The notes: generated by a model from the sequence alone, not told the origin. Counted from the first letter of the stretch, positions 20,556 through 31,150 are shown. The stretch: DNA of 64,000 bases from Dethiobacter sp. (GCA_003605065.1 QZJM01000063.1:12485-76484); one strand, 5' to 3'. Made by a program: numbers and translations.

Positions 20556-21818
20556 ATGAGTACGAATATAGAAGAAAAAGGATTGTTAACCTCCTTTCGT
20601 GTGCTTGATTTGTCAAATGAACGGGGATTTTTATGCGGGAAAATACTGGGTGATTTGGGAGCGGATGTCATCAAAATTGAAAAGCCCGGCGGTGATCCTG
20701 CCCGTAATATAGGTCCTTTTTTTGAAGATAAGCCTGATCCCGAGAAAAGCCTGTACTGGTTCGCTTATAACAATAATAAGCGTGGTATTACCCTCAACCT
20801 GGAAACTGAAAGCGGCAGGGATATCTTTTGCCGCCTGGTAAAAACTGCTGATTTTCTCATAGAATCTTTTAGCCCGGGTTACATGGAAAGCCTGGGGCTG
20901 GGCTATGAACGAATAAGCCGGGTTAATCCCCAACTGGTAATGACCTCCATTACACCTTTTGGGCAAACAGGGCCTTACAGCCAGTACAAAGCTTCCGACC
21001 TGGAAATTATGGCTATGAGCGGTTTGATGTCATTATTGGGTTATCCGGACAGGCCGCCTGTACGTGTAACTGTACCCCAGTCCTACATGTGGACCGGAAT
21101 GCAGGCCGCATCCGGCACTTTGCTGGCCCATTATTACCGCGGCCGGACCGGCAAAGGCCAGCATGTGGATGTTTCAGCCCAGGCCAGTATACTCTGCGCC
21201 CTGGCCCATGCTCCTACTTTTTGGGATGTAAACGAGGTGCTTACGGTTCGGGAGGGCCCCATAATGAGCGGGCGCAGCGTTAAAGGTGCCAAGATGCGCT
21301 GTATCTTTCCCTGTAAGGACGGCTTTATTAACTTTATTGTTTATGGCGGCCCGGCAGGGATTACTACTAACAAGGCCCTTACCGAATGGATGGATTCGGA
21401 AGGAATGGCTACGGAATATCTCAAGAATAAAGATTGGGACAGTTTTGATATCGCTACGGTGACGCAGGAAGAAATTGACCAGATCGAAGGGCCCACTGCT
21501 GAATTTTTGAAGACCAAGACCAAGAAGGAGTTTTTTGAAGAGGCCATCAAGAGGCGTATGTTAGGTTATCCTGTTACTACTGCCGAGGAGATTTTAGCAG
21601 ATCCCCAGTTGTATGCCCGTGATTACTGGCAAAAGGTAGCACATCCGGAGCTGGATCAGGAAATCACTTACCCGGGCGGTTTTGGTAAATTTTCTCTTTC
21701 TCCCTGCCGTATTTGGCGCAGGGCGCCCCTTATCGGCGAACATAACGAGGAGATTTACGGAGAATTAGGTTTAAATGGTAATGACCTGCTTATGCTAAAG
21801 CAGGCCGGTATAATTTGA
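20556..21818 (+). CDS. family III CoA-transferase (CaiB/BaiF family) subunit
   Basis: 420 aa. N-terminal VLDLS..GPF..L..LGADVIKIE motif typical of family III. Confidence 0.85.
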   Translation: MSTNIEEKGLLTSFRVLDLSNERGFLCGKILGDLGADVIKIEKPGGDPARNIGPFFEDKPDPEKSLYWFAYNNNKRGITLNLETESGRDIFCRLVKTADFLIESFSPGYMESLGLGYERISRVNPQLVMTSITPFGQTGPYSQYKASDLEIMAMSGLMSLLGYPDRPPVRVTVPQSYMWTGMQAASGTLLAHYYRGRTGKGQHVDVSAQASILCALAHAPTFWDVNEVLTVREGPIMSGRSVKGAKMRCIFPCKDGFINFIVYGGPAGITTNKALTEWMDSEGMATEYLKNKDWDSFDIATVTQEEIDQIEGPTAEFLKTKTKKEFFEEAIKRRMLGYPVTTAEEILADPQLYARDYWQKVAHPELDQEITYPGGFGKFSLSPCRIWRRAPLIGEHNEEIYGELGLNGNDLLMLKQAGII

Positions 21819-21856
21819 TCAGTTGTTAAGAAACAGGCCCCTAGGAGGTAAAAGAG

Positions 21857-23074
21857 ATGAACAAACGGGTATTTGAGGAGATAAAAGTAGCAGAATTTGG
21901 AGGTTTTGCCGCTGGCCCGGGTGTGGGGAAAATGATGGCGGACTTTGGGGCGGAGGTAGTTCGCGTAGAATCGTTTGCACGCCCTGACGGCTTCAGATCC
22001 CATTATCCGCCTTATACGGATAACGAGCCCGGCTTAAACCGTTCCGGTTGTTTTGCCATTCATAACAATAATAAATATGATATAACTTTGAACTTAAAAA
22101 CGGAGGGCGCATTAGAGGCTGCCAAAAAGGTTATCGCCTGGGCTGACGTTGTTATAGAGAACTTTACGCCAGGGACCATGAGCAGGCTGGGTTTGGGATA
22201 TGAAACCCTGTCTAAAGATAAACCTGATTTAATTATGCTCGGCTCATGCAACCAGGGTCAGACCGGGCCCCATGCCGAACACCCGGGTTTCGGCTCACAT
22301 TTGACTTCATTAAGCGGTTTTACCCACCTGACCGGTTACCCCGATGCCCCGCCGGTAATTCTTTATGGCCCTTATATCGATTATATCGGGGTTGGCTATG
22401 GCATGATTGCCATAGCAGCGGCCCTGGATTACCGCCGGCGCACAGGTAAAGGACAATACATTGACCTTGCCCAGTACGAGGGGGGACTGCAATTCGTCGC
22501 CCCGGTTTTACTGGATTATCTTATTAATGGCAGGATTACTTCCCGCATGGGAAATCGCAATCCTTATGCTGCTCCCCACGGGGCGTACCCCTGCCTGGGC
22601 GAAGACCGCTGGTGTGTCATCAGTGTTTTTAGCGACGAGGAGTGGCAGCAGTTGATAAAGACTATGGGTTATCCTCATTGGGCCAAAGAGTCCAGGTTTG
22701 CCACCTTACTGGGGCGTAAAGAAAACGAAGATGAATTAGACAGCCTTATAGGACAGTGGACATCTGGCTTTACTGCGGAGCAGCTCATGGAAAGGTTACA
22801 GGCGGTAGGTGTACGTGCTGCCGTAGTTAATAACATGAAAGATATTTATACTGATCCCCAGTTGAAACATCGTCATATCTGGCGGGAATTGGAACATGTG
22901 GAGATGGGCCGCTTTAACTACCAGGCGCCTGCCTTCAACCTTTCGGAAACGCCGGCCGAAATTGACCGCCCCAGTCCCTGTATAGGTGAACATAACCATT
23001 TCTTTTTTACCCGTATATTGGGGTACTCAGAGGAAGAATATAAGACCATGCTGGAGCAAAAGGTCATTGCCTAA
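21857..23074 (+). CDS. family III CoA-transferase (CaiB/BaiF family) subunit, paralog
   Basis: 405 aa. Second adjacent family III member, suggesting a heteromeric SptAB/BbsEF-type transferase. Confidence 0.85.
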   Translation: MNKRVFEEIKVAEFGGFAAGPGVGKMMADFGAEVVRVESFARPDGFRSHYPPYTDNEPGLNRSGCFAIHNNNKYDITLNLKTEGALEAAKKVIAWADVVIENFTPGTMSRLGLGYETLSKDKPDLIMLGSCNQGQTGPHAEHPGFGSHLTSLSGFTHLTGYPDAPPVILYGPYIDYIGVGYGMIAIAAALDYRRRTGKGQYIDLAQYEGGLQFVAPVLLDYLINGRITSRMGNRNPYAAPHGAYPCLGEDRWCVISVFSDEEWQQLIKTMGYPHWAKESRFATLLGRKENEDELDSLIGQWTSGFTAEQLMERLQAVGVRAAVVNNMKDIYTDPQLKHRHIWRELEHVEMGRFNYQAPAFNLSETPAEIDRPSPCIGEHNHFFFTRILGYSEEEYKTMLEQKVIA

Positions 23075-23106
23075 AGCACAAGTGTAGTACCTGAGGAGGA
23101 AATGAT

Positions 23107-24243
23107 ATGAAGTTATTTGAGTACATGGGTAAGGAAATATTTTCCCGCTACGGTATCCCTGTCCCCAGGGGGAAAGTTGTATCTGATTCCCGGGATGCTG
23201 TAGAAACAGCATCTGAGCTGGGCCAGGTGGTTTTGAAATCACAGGTGCTAAGCGGTAAAAGAGGAAAAGCGGGAGGCATAAAATTTCCGGCGACTTCTGA
23301 AGAAGTTATCACTTTTTCCAGTCAGCTACTCGGGTCCGACCTGCGGGGAGTAAAGGTAGAAAAATTGCTGGTAGAAGAAAAGCTGAATATCCAGCAGGAA
23401 ATCTACCTGGCCTTAACTGTGGACGGTTCACTGCGGGTTCCTGTGATATTGGCATCGTCCCAGGGGGGAATGGATATCGAGGAAGTGCCGGAGGAAAAAA
23501 TTATTAAGCAGCCGGTGAGCTTGAAAACAGGTGTCATGCCCTATATGGGGCGGGAGCTTGCGCGCCGGCTGGGATTTCAAGGTAAAGCCCTTTCACAGTT
23601 TGCTGAAATTGTAGTAAAGCTTTATCGTGTTTTTACGGAAATAGATGCCGAACTCGTAGAGATCAACCCGCTGTTTCTTTGTGACAAAGGTTTTGTCGCC
23701 GGTGATGCCAAGATAACCCTGGATGATGAAGCAGCTTTTCGCCGGCAGGAATTCCCGCGGGTAAAAGAAGGCAGCCCCCTGGAAGAGCGGGCTAAAAGTA
23801 TCGGGCTTTCCTATGTAGAACTCGATGGTGATATCGCTGTTATGGCTAACGGTGCCGGCATTACCATGGCTACACTGGATATGATCCAATATTTTGGCGG
23901 CCAGCCTGCAAATTTCCTTGACGCCGGGGGCGGTGCCAATGTGGAACAGACCTCCAAAGCCCTGGAGATACTCCTGGCCACCAACCCTAAAGTTGTTTTT
24001 ATTAATATTTTTGGCGGTATTACCCGTTGCGATGATGTGGCCAATGCTTTTGTCCAGGTAAAGAATATGCAGGAGATTACTGTTCCGGTAGTCATCCGTA
24101 TGAGCGGCACCAATGAGCAGCAGGGTCTGAAGATACTGGAAGAGAATGGTATTGGGGCCTGCCGCGATATGCAGGAAGCAGCAAAAAAAGCTGTGGAACT
24201 GGTTAAAGGAGGAGACTGTGATGGCTATCTATGTTGCTCATAA
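23107..24243 (+). CDS. succinyl-CoA synthetase beta-like subunit (ADP-forming acyl-CoA ligase, ATP-grasp)
   Basis: MKLFEYMGKEIF..GIPVPRG N-terminus typical of SucC. Confidence 0.8.
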   Translation: MKLFEYMGKEIFSRYGIPVPRGKVVSDSRDAVETASELGQVVLKSQVLSGKRGKAGGIKFPATSEEVITFSSQLLGSDLRGVKVEKLLVEEKLNIQQEIYLALTVDGSLRVPVILASSQGGMDIEEVPEEKIIKQPVSLKTGVMPYMGRELARRLGFQGKALSQFAEIVVKLYRVFTEIDAELVEINPLFLCDKGFVAGDAKITLDDEAAFRRQEFPRVKEGSPLEERAKSIGLSYVELDGDIAVMANGAGITMATLDMIQYFGGQPANFLDAGGGANVEQTSKALEILLATNPKVVFINIFGGITRCDDVANAFVQVKNMQEITVPVVIRMSGTNEQQGLKILEENGIGACRDMQEAAKKAVELVKGGDCDGYLCCS

Positions 24244-25090
24244 TGCGCAGGTAGTGGTGCAGGGAATTACCGGGAACCAGGGAAATTTTCATACACGCCA
24301 GATGCTGGCCTTTGGCACTCAAATTGTGGCCGGGGTTTCTCCGGGAAAAGGCGGTCAGCTGGTTGAAGGGATCCCTGTTTACGATACCGTAGCCGCAGCT
24401 TATGAAAAACACCAAATTGATGCCACAGCCATATATATTCCTGCTCCTTTTGCCCTGGATGCGGTCATGGAAGCGGTGGACGCCGGAGTAAAGGTTGTGG
24501 GCTGTATTACGGAACATATTCCCCTGCATGATGAGATGAAACTGGTGGATTATGCCCGTCAGAAAGGATCGGTCGTAGTAGGGCCAAATACCTTTGGCAT
24601 AGTTACTTCCCGCGGCTGTAAGATTGGTGTCGCCCCCAGCCATGTATTCAGGGATGGCCCCGTGGGCGTAATTTCCCGAAGCGGTACCCTTACCTATGAA
24701 ATTGTCGGCAATATGCTGGCACATGGCATCGGGACCAGTACAGTGGTAGGGCTGGGGGGTGACAGGGTTACAGGGCTTAATTTTGTGGAGGTGTTAAAGG
24801 AATTTTTCCTCGATGATGAAACTAAAGCTATCGTTATGATCGGTGAGATCGGTGGTACGGCGGAAGAGGAAGCGGCAGAATTTATCAAGGCCAACCCTGT
24901 AAAACCTGTCATCTCTTACCTGGCCGGTAAAAGTGCCCCACCCGGTAAGCGTATGGGGCATGCCGGAGCGATCATTGAAAGGGGTAAAGGCACCTTTGAA
25001 AACAAGGTAAACGCTTTAAAGGCAGCAAATGTGCAGGTGGCCGTACTCCCTTTTGAAGTCCTGGATTTAGTAAAAAAGGTGTTAAAATAG
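24221..25090 (+). CDS. succinyl-CoA synthetase alpha-like subunit (CoA-binding)
   Basis: VVQGITGNQG CoA-binding motif and phosphohistidine region (GHAGAII). Overlaps the beta gene end. Confidence 0.8.
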   Translation: MAIYVAHNAQVVVQGITGNQGNFHTRQMLAFGTQIVAGVSPGKGGQLVEGIPVYDTVAAAYEKHQIDATAIYIPAPFALDAVMEAVDAGVKVVGCITEHIPLHDEMKLVDYARQKGSVVVGPNTFGIVTSRGCKIGVAPSHVFRDGPVGVISRSGTLTYEIVGNMLAHGIGTSTVVGLGGDRVTGLNFVEVLKEFFLDDETKAIVMIGEIGGTAEEEAAEFIKANPVKPVISYLAGKSAPPGKRMGHAGAIIERGKGTFENKVNALKAANVQVAVLPFEVLDLVKKVLK

Positions 25091-25752
25091 ACAACCCTGG
25101 TAAGATTTTCCCCCGCGGATTTCGATTTCTTTAAGGTTTTTAATATAAAACATATTGCCATTAGTCAGGACATTTCGACTTCGGTTGTGACACGCACATT
25201 ATAGCTGCTGCAAAGTGCCGGAATAATCGAATATCATTCCTTGGGTCCCAAAGGCAGCATTATCAGGATTACTAATTCATATCTCCTTAACAACCTGGGC
25301 ACCTTTGCTCAGCAAGTATCTACAACACCCCATAAATGAAGAAAGAGTATAAACGTGTAATCATGCATAAAGGAGGCAATTACAATTTCCTTAAAAAATT
25401 TATATTATTGACCTGTTCAAGGGGGTGCATGGATTGACAGAAGATTTACACAAGGTTAATAGAGGAGGGATTAGATGACAGAGTAGCTTGGGAGCGTAAT
25501 TATATAAGCTGAGGCTTTATGTTAGGGAACTTATATAGTTATTAAATTTAATTATAAACATGATGTTCTAGTTAAAGCTTGTAGGCAGAGTAGTACTAAA
25601 GCGAGATTTATATCAATGCCAGAGTTGTGGCCCTCGGAGGAGAAGATTGTTAAATGGCTGGTGAACCTAACACAGGTGTAATGTATTACATGGGCCGGAA
25701 GATGGTTACGTCAGAGGGTTGTAAAACAATAAGATAGGGGGTTGAATAAGGT

Positions 25753-26817
25753 ATGTTGAAATTAGGTAAATTAGCTATTATTGGAGTAACTCTAAGTATT
25801 CTACTTCTAATGGTTACCTCCTGTGGAGGTAACATCACCCAAAATGAACCAGGGTCTAGCGGGCAGGCGGGAAGTATTGATGTGTCTCAAGGTAGCGGAG
25901 AAAAAAGCGGCCCGTGGGAGGTTACTATTCTGGGCGGTTCAGTAGGCGGTGTGTGGGCGGCTATCACCGAAGGGGTGGCTGAGAGCGTGCGGCGTACTGC
26001 ACCGCCCGGTTCCAATATTACGGCTGAACCTGGTAAGGATGGCCCCAACAGTATAATGGTGGCTAAGAAAGAGGCCGAGTTAGCTATTTCTTATTCGCCT
26101 ACAGCATACACAGCATTAAAAGGAATTGATCCCTATCAGGAGGCTTACCCCGGCATTCGGGCGGTGGCCGTTCTAAATCCTAATTCTACGTTTCATTTTT
26201 TGGTTTTAAAGAATACAGGGCTGACTTCTATTGAAGACCTCAAGGCTAAAAAGTATCCACTACGTATTTCGGTTAATAAACAAGGCTCCACTATGGAACT
26301 GGTTTCCAAGGCTGTGCTCAAGGCTTACGGGATAAGTTACCAAGATATTGAAAGTTGGGGCGGCAAGGTCTATTTTCTATCCACTAAGGAGACCATGGAA
26401 GCCATTGATAACGGGCAGGTTCAGGCTCACTCTATTACTGGAGAACACCCAGTTTCACACTTTGTAGAAGCGGCGATGAGGCGAGAATTTGCTCTTTTGC
26501 CAATTAGTTCGGAAGCAATAAATAAGGTCAATCAAGAACTGGGGACCCGTGCGGGGATTATCCCGGGTGGCACCTATTCTTTTGCCCCCGAAGACGTCCC
26601 TACTTGTGCCGCATCCCTGTTACTGGTTACCGGAGCCGAACAGCCAGAAGATTTTATTTATAACATAACCAAGGCCCTGAACGATAACCTGGATTACCTG
26701 CGTACAGTTCATGCTATCTTGAAGGATATAAATCCAAAAACCATGGCAGATACCTCGCCTATTCCACTGCATCCCGGGGCGGAAAAGTACTACAAAGAAA
26801 TTGGAGCCCTGAAATAA
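25753..26817 (+). CDS. TAXI-family TRAP transporter solute-binding lipoprotein
   Basis: Lipoprotein signal ..LLLMVTSC. TAXI-family fold. Adjacent to the fused TRAP permease. Confidence 0.75.
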   Translation: MLKLGKLAIIGVTLSILLLMVTSCGGNITQNEPGSSGQAGSIDVSQGSGEKSGPWEVTILGGSVGGVWAAITEGVAESVRRTAPPGSNITAEPGKDGPNSIMVAKKEAELAISYSPTAYTALKGIDPYQEAYPGIRAVAVLNPNSTFHFLVLKNTGLTSIEDLKAKKYPLRISVNKQGSTMELVSKAVLKAYGISYQDIESWGGKVYFLSTKETMEAIDNGQVQAHSITGEHPVSHFVEAAMRREFALLPISSEAINKVNQELGTRAGIIPGGTYSFAPEDVPTCAASLLLVTGAEQPEDFIYNITKALNDNLDYLRTVHAILKDINPKTMADTSPIPLHPGAEKYYKEIGALK

Positions 26818-26841
26818 CTATTTGTTAAGAAGGTTCGAAAC

Positions 26842-26882
26842 GGGTACCTGCTTTTGGTCTTATATGACAAGAGCAGGTACCC
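26842..26882 (+). other. perfect 11-bp stem-loop (GGGTACCTGCT / AGCAGGTACCC) in the SBP-permease spacer
   Basis: Direct reading of the sequence. No T-run follows, so it is not a classic terminator. Confidence 0.5.
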
Positions 26883-27183
26883 TTGGGGGTGATAATACAT
26901 ACAGGAATGCTTCGCTTGTGAACGTTCAATTCACAGCAAAGTTTATAAAGGACTTGCATCTGAATCTTCTCTTTAAATCTCCTAAAAATTCGAAAAATAT
27001 TCTGGGAACGATCTACCCAAAAACAGCAGTTATTAACCATAATATGTTATTTTTAACGTCAGCGAAATTTAGGTTGCATTTTCAAAGAAAATTGCTTAAA
27101 AATGGAAAATTTGCTAGTCGTTATTTTTAACCTTAAAAATAATTGTTACAGCGCAAATGGCTTTGTAACAAAGGAGGAGCAAC

Positions 27184-29112
27184 ATGTCTAAATTTTTTCA
27201 GGGTGGGGAACGGCGTAAGTTAACGGGGTGGTGGAAGACCTTAGTTACCTTAATCGGAGTTGCCCTGACCTTCTATGGAATTTGGACAGCTCTATTTGTA
27301 AAGCTGGATCCCTGGCTCCACCGTAGTGTTTTTTTAACCTTCATTCTGATTTTAACTTTCATAGTTTATAGTCCTAGTAAGAGTTCCCAGGAAAAAATGG
27401 GCCCGTCATATGTAGATATATTTTTAGCTGTATTGGGTACGGCAGCCGGTGTTTATTTTGTCTTAAACGCTGAGCGGTTTATTACCCGCTGGCCCCAAGT
27501 GGATCCTTTGAGTTTTATGGACGTGTTTTTCGGGTTGGTCGTATTTTTGATGGTTCTCGAGATTACCCGGCGGACAGTAGGTTTTCCGCTCTTAGTAATC
27601 GTATTGATTTTCCTGGTTTATAGTTTTCTCGGCAAGTACCTTCCTGCCGGGTTTTCCCACCGGGGCATGACCATAGTGCGCTTTGTTGACCAGATGATTT
27701 ATACTCTTGATGGGGTTTTCGGTACGCCAATCGGGGTTACTGCCACCATGGTTTATATGTTCGTTCTTTTTGGCGCTATACTAGATAAATCCGGAGGGTC
27801 CGACTTTTTCTTCAAAATGGCCACGGCCCTGGCTGGACGTTCAGTTGGGGGACCGGCTAAGGTTGCCGTAATCTCCAGTGGGTTGTACGGCAGTATCTCT
27901 GGGAGCCCCACTGCCAATGTGGTAACCACCGGGGCCTTTACCATTCCCTTGATGAAAAGGATCGGTTATTCCCCGGTCTTTGCCGGAGCTGTTGAGGCGG
28001 CAGCCTCTACCGGTGGGGGTATTTTGCCACCGGTTATGGGTTCAGCTGCCTTTCTAATGGTTGAGTTTACTGGCATCTCTTATTTGTCCATCATTATTGC
28101 CGCTGCCATTCCCGGTATTTTATATTACATAGGCATACTTTTACAGGTTCATTTCCGGGCCCTCTCTAAGGATATGCGGCCAATGGAAAGGGAGGATATT
28201 GAATCGCCGGTTACGGTACTAAAAAAGAACTGGTACTTTCTCTTGCCATTTATATTATTGGTCTGGCTGCTGGTTGAGGGTTACACGCCCACCTTTGCTG
28301 GAGCAATTGTTAGTTTCGTCACCATTGCTGTCAGCTGGCTGCGCAAGGAAACCAGGATGGGGCTAGACAAGATTATTGAATCCTTTGAAGAGGCGGCCTT
28401 GAGTATAATTGTTGTGGCCAGCGCTTGTGCAGCTGCTGGGCTGGTTATTGGCGGGATCATGTTTACAGGTCTAGGAAACAAAGCCACCAGCTTGATCTTC
28501 CGTGCAGCCGGAGGGTTTAAGCTAGTGGTTATGTTATTTACAGCAATTGTTTGTATACTACTAGGCATGGGAATGCCTGTGCCTTCGGCGTACGTTTTAA
28601 CCGCTGCGATGGCCGGGCCGGTGTTACTGCAGGTGGGCTTACCCTTATTGCAATCACACTTGTTTATTGTTTATTATGCAACATTGTCGGCAATTACACC
28701 TCCGGTTGCCGTAGCTGCCTTCGCTGCATCAGGTCTGGCTAAGGCAAACCCCAACCAAATCGGTTTTCAGGCCATGCGCCTGGCTTTTGTGGGCTTCTTA
28801 ATACCATTTTTTTTCTCTTTTCAGCCAGCTTTGCTATTGGTAGGGAATGTTGGCGAGATTATATTAGCGTCTCTAACGGCTATTGTGGGCGTTATTGCCC
28901 TCGCTGTAGCCATGGAGGGTTGGTTCCGGAAAGGCATATCAGGATGGGGGCGGCTGATCTTGCTGTTTGCGGGTCTCATCCTTATTTACCCCGGTGTGTT
29001 GACTGATTTGATAGGTTTAGTTTTGGTGGTTCTGGTTTTGGGACCCCAGGTGTTGAGTCGGGGGATCCAGAGACCGGTGGTAGCTAGAAGCAATAAAAAT
29101 GGTTCTGTATAA
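27184..29112 (+). CDS. TRAP transporter fused permease (TAXI-associated DctQ/DctM fusion)
   Basis: 642-aa polytopic membrane protein of the fused 4TM/12TM TRAP permease type. Confidence 0.8.
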   Translation: MSKFFQGGERRKLTGWWKTLVTLIGVALTFYGIWTALFVKLDPWLHRSVFLTFILILTFIVYSPSKSSQEKMGPSYVDIFLAVLGTAAGVYFVLNAERFITRWPQVDPLSFMDVFFGLVVFLMVLEITRRTVGFPLLVIVLIFLVYSFLGKYLPAGFSHRGMTIVRFVDQMIYTLDGVFGTPIGVTATMVYMFVLFGAILDKSGGSDFFFKMATALAGRSVGGPAKVAVISSGLYGSISGSPTANVVTTGAFTIPLMKRIGYSPVFAGAVEAAASTGGGILPPVMGSAAFLMVEFTGISYLSIIIAAAIPGILYYIGILLQVHFRALSKDMRPMEREDIESPVTVLKKNWYFLLPFILLVWLLVEGYTPTFAGAIVSFVTIAVSWLRKETRMGLDKIIESFEEAALSIIVVASACAAAGLVIGGIMFTGLGNKATSLIFRAAGGFKLVVMLFTAIVCILLGMGMPVPSAYVLTAAMAGPVLLQVGLPLLQSHLFIVYYATLSAITPPVAVAAFAASGLAKANPNQIGFQAMRLAFVGFLIPFFFSFQPALLLVGNVGEIILASLTAIVGVIALAVAMEGWFRKGISGWGRLILLFAGLILIYPGVLTDLIGLVLVVLVLGPQVLSRGIQRPVVARSNKNGSV

Positions 29113-29372
29113 TATCGCTGTTTTATGAACAGGAAGATTGCCCTATTGACAGAAAAAGAAACAAGATAGATCCTTATACTGCTGACCGCGGCACCAGCAG
29201 GGGATAAGGTGTTCAGAACCGTAATCTTTATGGGTTTCAAATGGGAGATTGTAATGGACATCTATGTGAATGAAAATTCTCAGGTACTATTTATGCTTGA
29301 AGGCATAATAAAACTTAAGAAAATTTCGAGAAGAGGAAAATTTTATTCCAGTGGCGGGGAAAAACAATTTAG

Positions 29373-29504
29373 ATGATTTTCAAACGTGGTTTTGGTCAAA
29401 CCATTGGATTCGGGGAGTATCCGGCCCTAATAGCTATTGATATAATGAAAGCGTTTACTGATGAATCTTATCCCCTTGGTACATGCATGGATGTGGAAAT
29501 ATAA
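29373..29504 (+). pseudogene. 5' fragment of an isochorismatase-family hydrolase gene (43 codons)
   Basis: ALIAIDIMKAFTDE resembles the isochorismatase N-terminal motif. The ORF is truncated by a stop. Confidence 0.25.
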
Positions 29505-29680
29505 CAGGTTTGTCGTTTGCTAAAAACAGCAAGAGAAGTATCCATACCTATTTTTTATCCGATCGTTCAATATGATAAACGAGATTATTTGTGCGCAGTC
29601 ACTGAACATGATGAAATTTCCTTTACTGGTATTAACTGTGATAGAATACTGGCAAATACCAGGAAGGGAAATGAAAATCG

Positions 29681-30524
29681 ATGCTTACCGAAAAGAGCCT
29701 TTCCCTGGAAGAAGCTCTGGATTTAACCTTAAAGTGCGCTGAGCAGTCCGGTTACGGGGAGGTGACCAGGAAAGGTTTCCGAGGCAATTTATTTACTTTT
29801 ATGAAGTGGTGCTCAGCACAGAACGTTAGCTGCGTAGGCGATATTAACACAGCGCTTCTAAAGCCATATTTTCTGTATCTGAAAGAAAAGCAGCTATCCG
29901 GCTATACCGTGAAAAGCAGGTGTAATAGCCTGCGCTACCTGTTTGGCTGCCTGGAAGAAAAGGGCATTATTCCCGACAACCCCATGAACTATCTCAAGAT
30001 ATGTCCCCGTCTTGGAGAAAAAGCCTGGGACGTACTTACCCTGGAAGATATGGGCCTCCTTTTGAAGGGAGTAGAAAAGCGCTACCAGGATGCTTCAACG
30101 GAATACAAGCGCTCTACTCTCCGGGACAAGCTCATGTTAGAGATGCTTTTGGCTACAGGTATGCGTTCCTGCGAGATTGCCGCGCTGAAAGTCAAAGATG
30201 TGGACCTGGAAAAAGGTACCGTCCGTATCTAGGGCAAGGGCAGCAACTGGTACATCAAGAGAAACCGCTGTACGCACAATCATTCAAAAAATTGCCCGCT
30301 CTGCCGGTTTGGAAAGAAAGGTTACTCCCCTACTGCGCCACAGCTTCTGCTCCTTTTTGATCAACCGGGGAGCCGATGCTTTCAGCGTCCAGCGGCTCAT
30401 GGGGCACTGGCAGGTCCAGACGACGCTGCGTTTCTACCTGCACCTGACCCCCGAGGAAGTGAAAAAAGACTGGCAAAAGTACAGCCCCTTAGCCGACGGG
30501 AAGATGCCTGCTGTGCTGGTTTAA
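29681..30524 (+). pseudogene. tyrosine recombinase/integrase (XerC/D-like) pseudogene with an in-frame TAG and a frameshift
   Basis: The N-terminal SAM-like domain plus ..VDLEKGTVRI runs in frame 1 until TAG at 30230..30232. The catalytic C-terminus (LLRHSF.., GHWQVQTTLRFYLH with Tyr) runs in frame +2, 30198..30524. Confidence 0.7.
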
Positions 30525-31150
30525 TCGGCAGCGGATGGCAGGCCGGGGCTCAGCTTCTGGCTCTCCTGGCGGTACGGCCTGTTAAAGAAATTAAGGTTTA
30601 CAGCCTGCGAAAAGAAAAACGTGAAGCGTTTGTAGAGGAAATGTGCCTTAAAACAGGGGCTAATATCCGATCTGTAGAAAGCCCCGAGGAATGTGTCCGG
30701 GAAGTAGACATTATTTTAGCTGCCACCTCGTCTCTTGTCCCTGTAATACGCCCGGAATGGTTGTCAGAGGGTGTACATATAAGCTGCATTAAAGCACAGG
30801 AAGTGGATGAAGCAGTTTTAAATACCTGCCAACGAATTGTCGTTCATACCAGGGTCCAACAAAAACAGATAGATAATATTCTTCCGGGCACAAAGTATAT
30901 TCCACAGGAACATGAACAAGGATGGTGGAATAAAGAGAGCCTGTGGGAAAGCCTTCCGGAGCTCTCTGATCTGATTGCCGGGCGTATTGCCGGACGGAAA
31001 AATGAGAAAGAGATTACCTGTTTTGTCAATAATGTCGGGGCAGGCCTGCAATTTGCTGCCCTGGGTGCCTTAATATTGAAAAAAGCCGGGACCCTTGGCT
31101 TGGGCAGGGAACTCCCCGGCGAATGGTTCTCCGAAGATGTACATCCTTAA
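30525..31150 (+). pseudogene. 3' fragment of an ornithine cyclodeaminase / mu-crystallin family gene (N-terminal part missing)
   Basis: Rossmann motif LIGSGWQAGAQL and OCD-like C-terminus. It starts exactly where the integrase C-terminal frame ends, and no upstream N-terminal part exists. Confidence 0.55.

Noticed and set aside
25295-25309. Sigma-54-like element CTGGGCACCTTTGCT upstream of the TAXI binding-protein gene.
   Set aside because: The GG to GC spacing is 2-3 nt too short for a functional -24/-12 promoter.
26822-27130. 102-aa ORF in the binding protein-permease spacer, and its antisense partner 26825..27040.
   Set aside because: It overlaps the perfect hairpin, has no RBS and has a low-complexity translation. 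The spacer is better explained as a structured intergenic region.
29681-31150. A single long Pyl-containing gene reading through TAG 30230 into the OCD-like region.
   Set aside because: The intervening 30233..30524 translation in that frame is not protein-like, while frame +2 encodes the conserved integrase catalytic C-terminus. It is best explained as a frameshifted integrase pseudogene abutting a truncated OCD gene.
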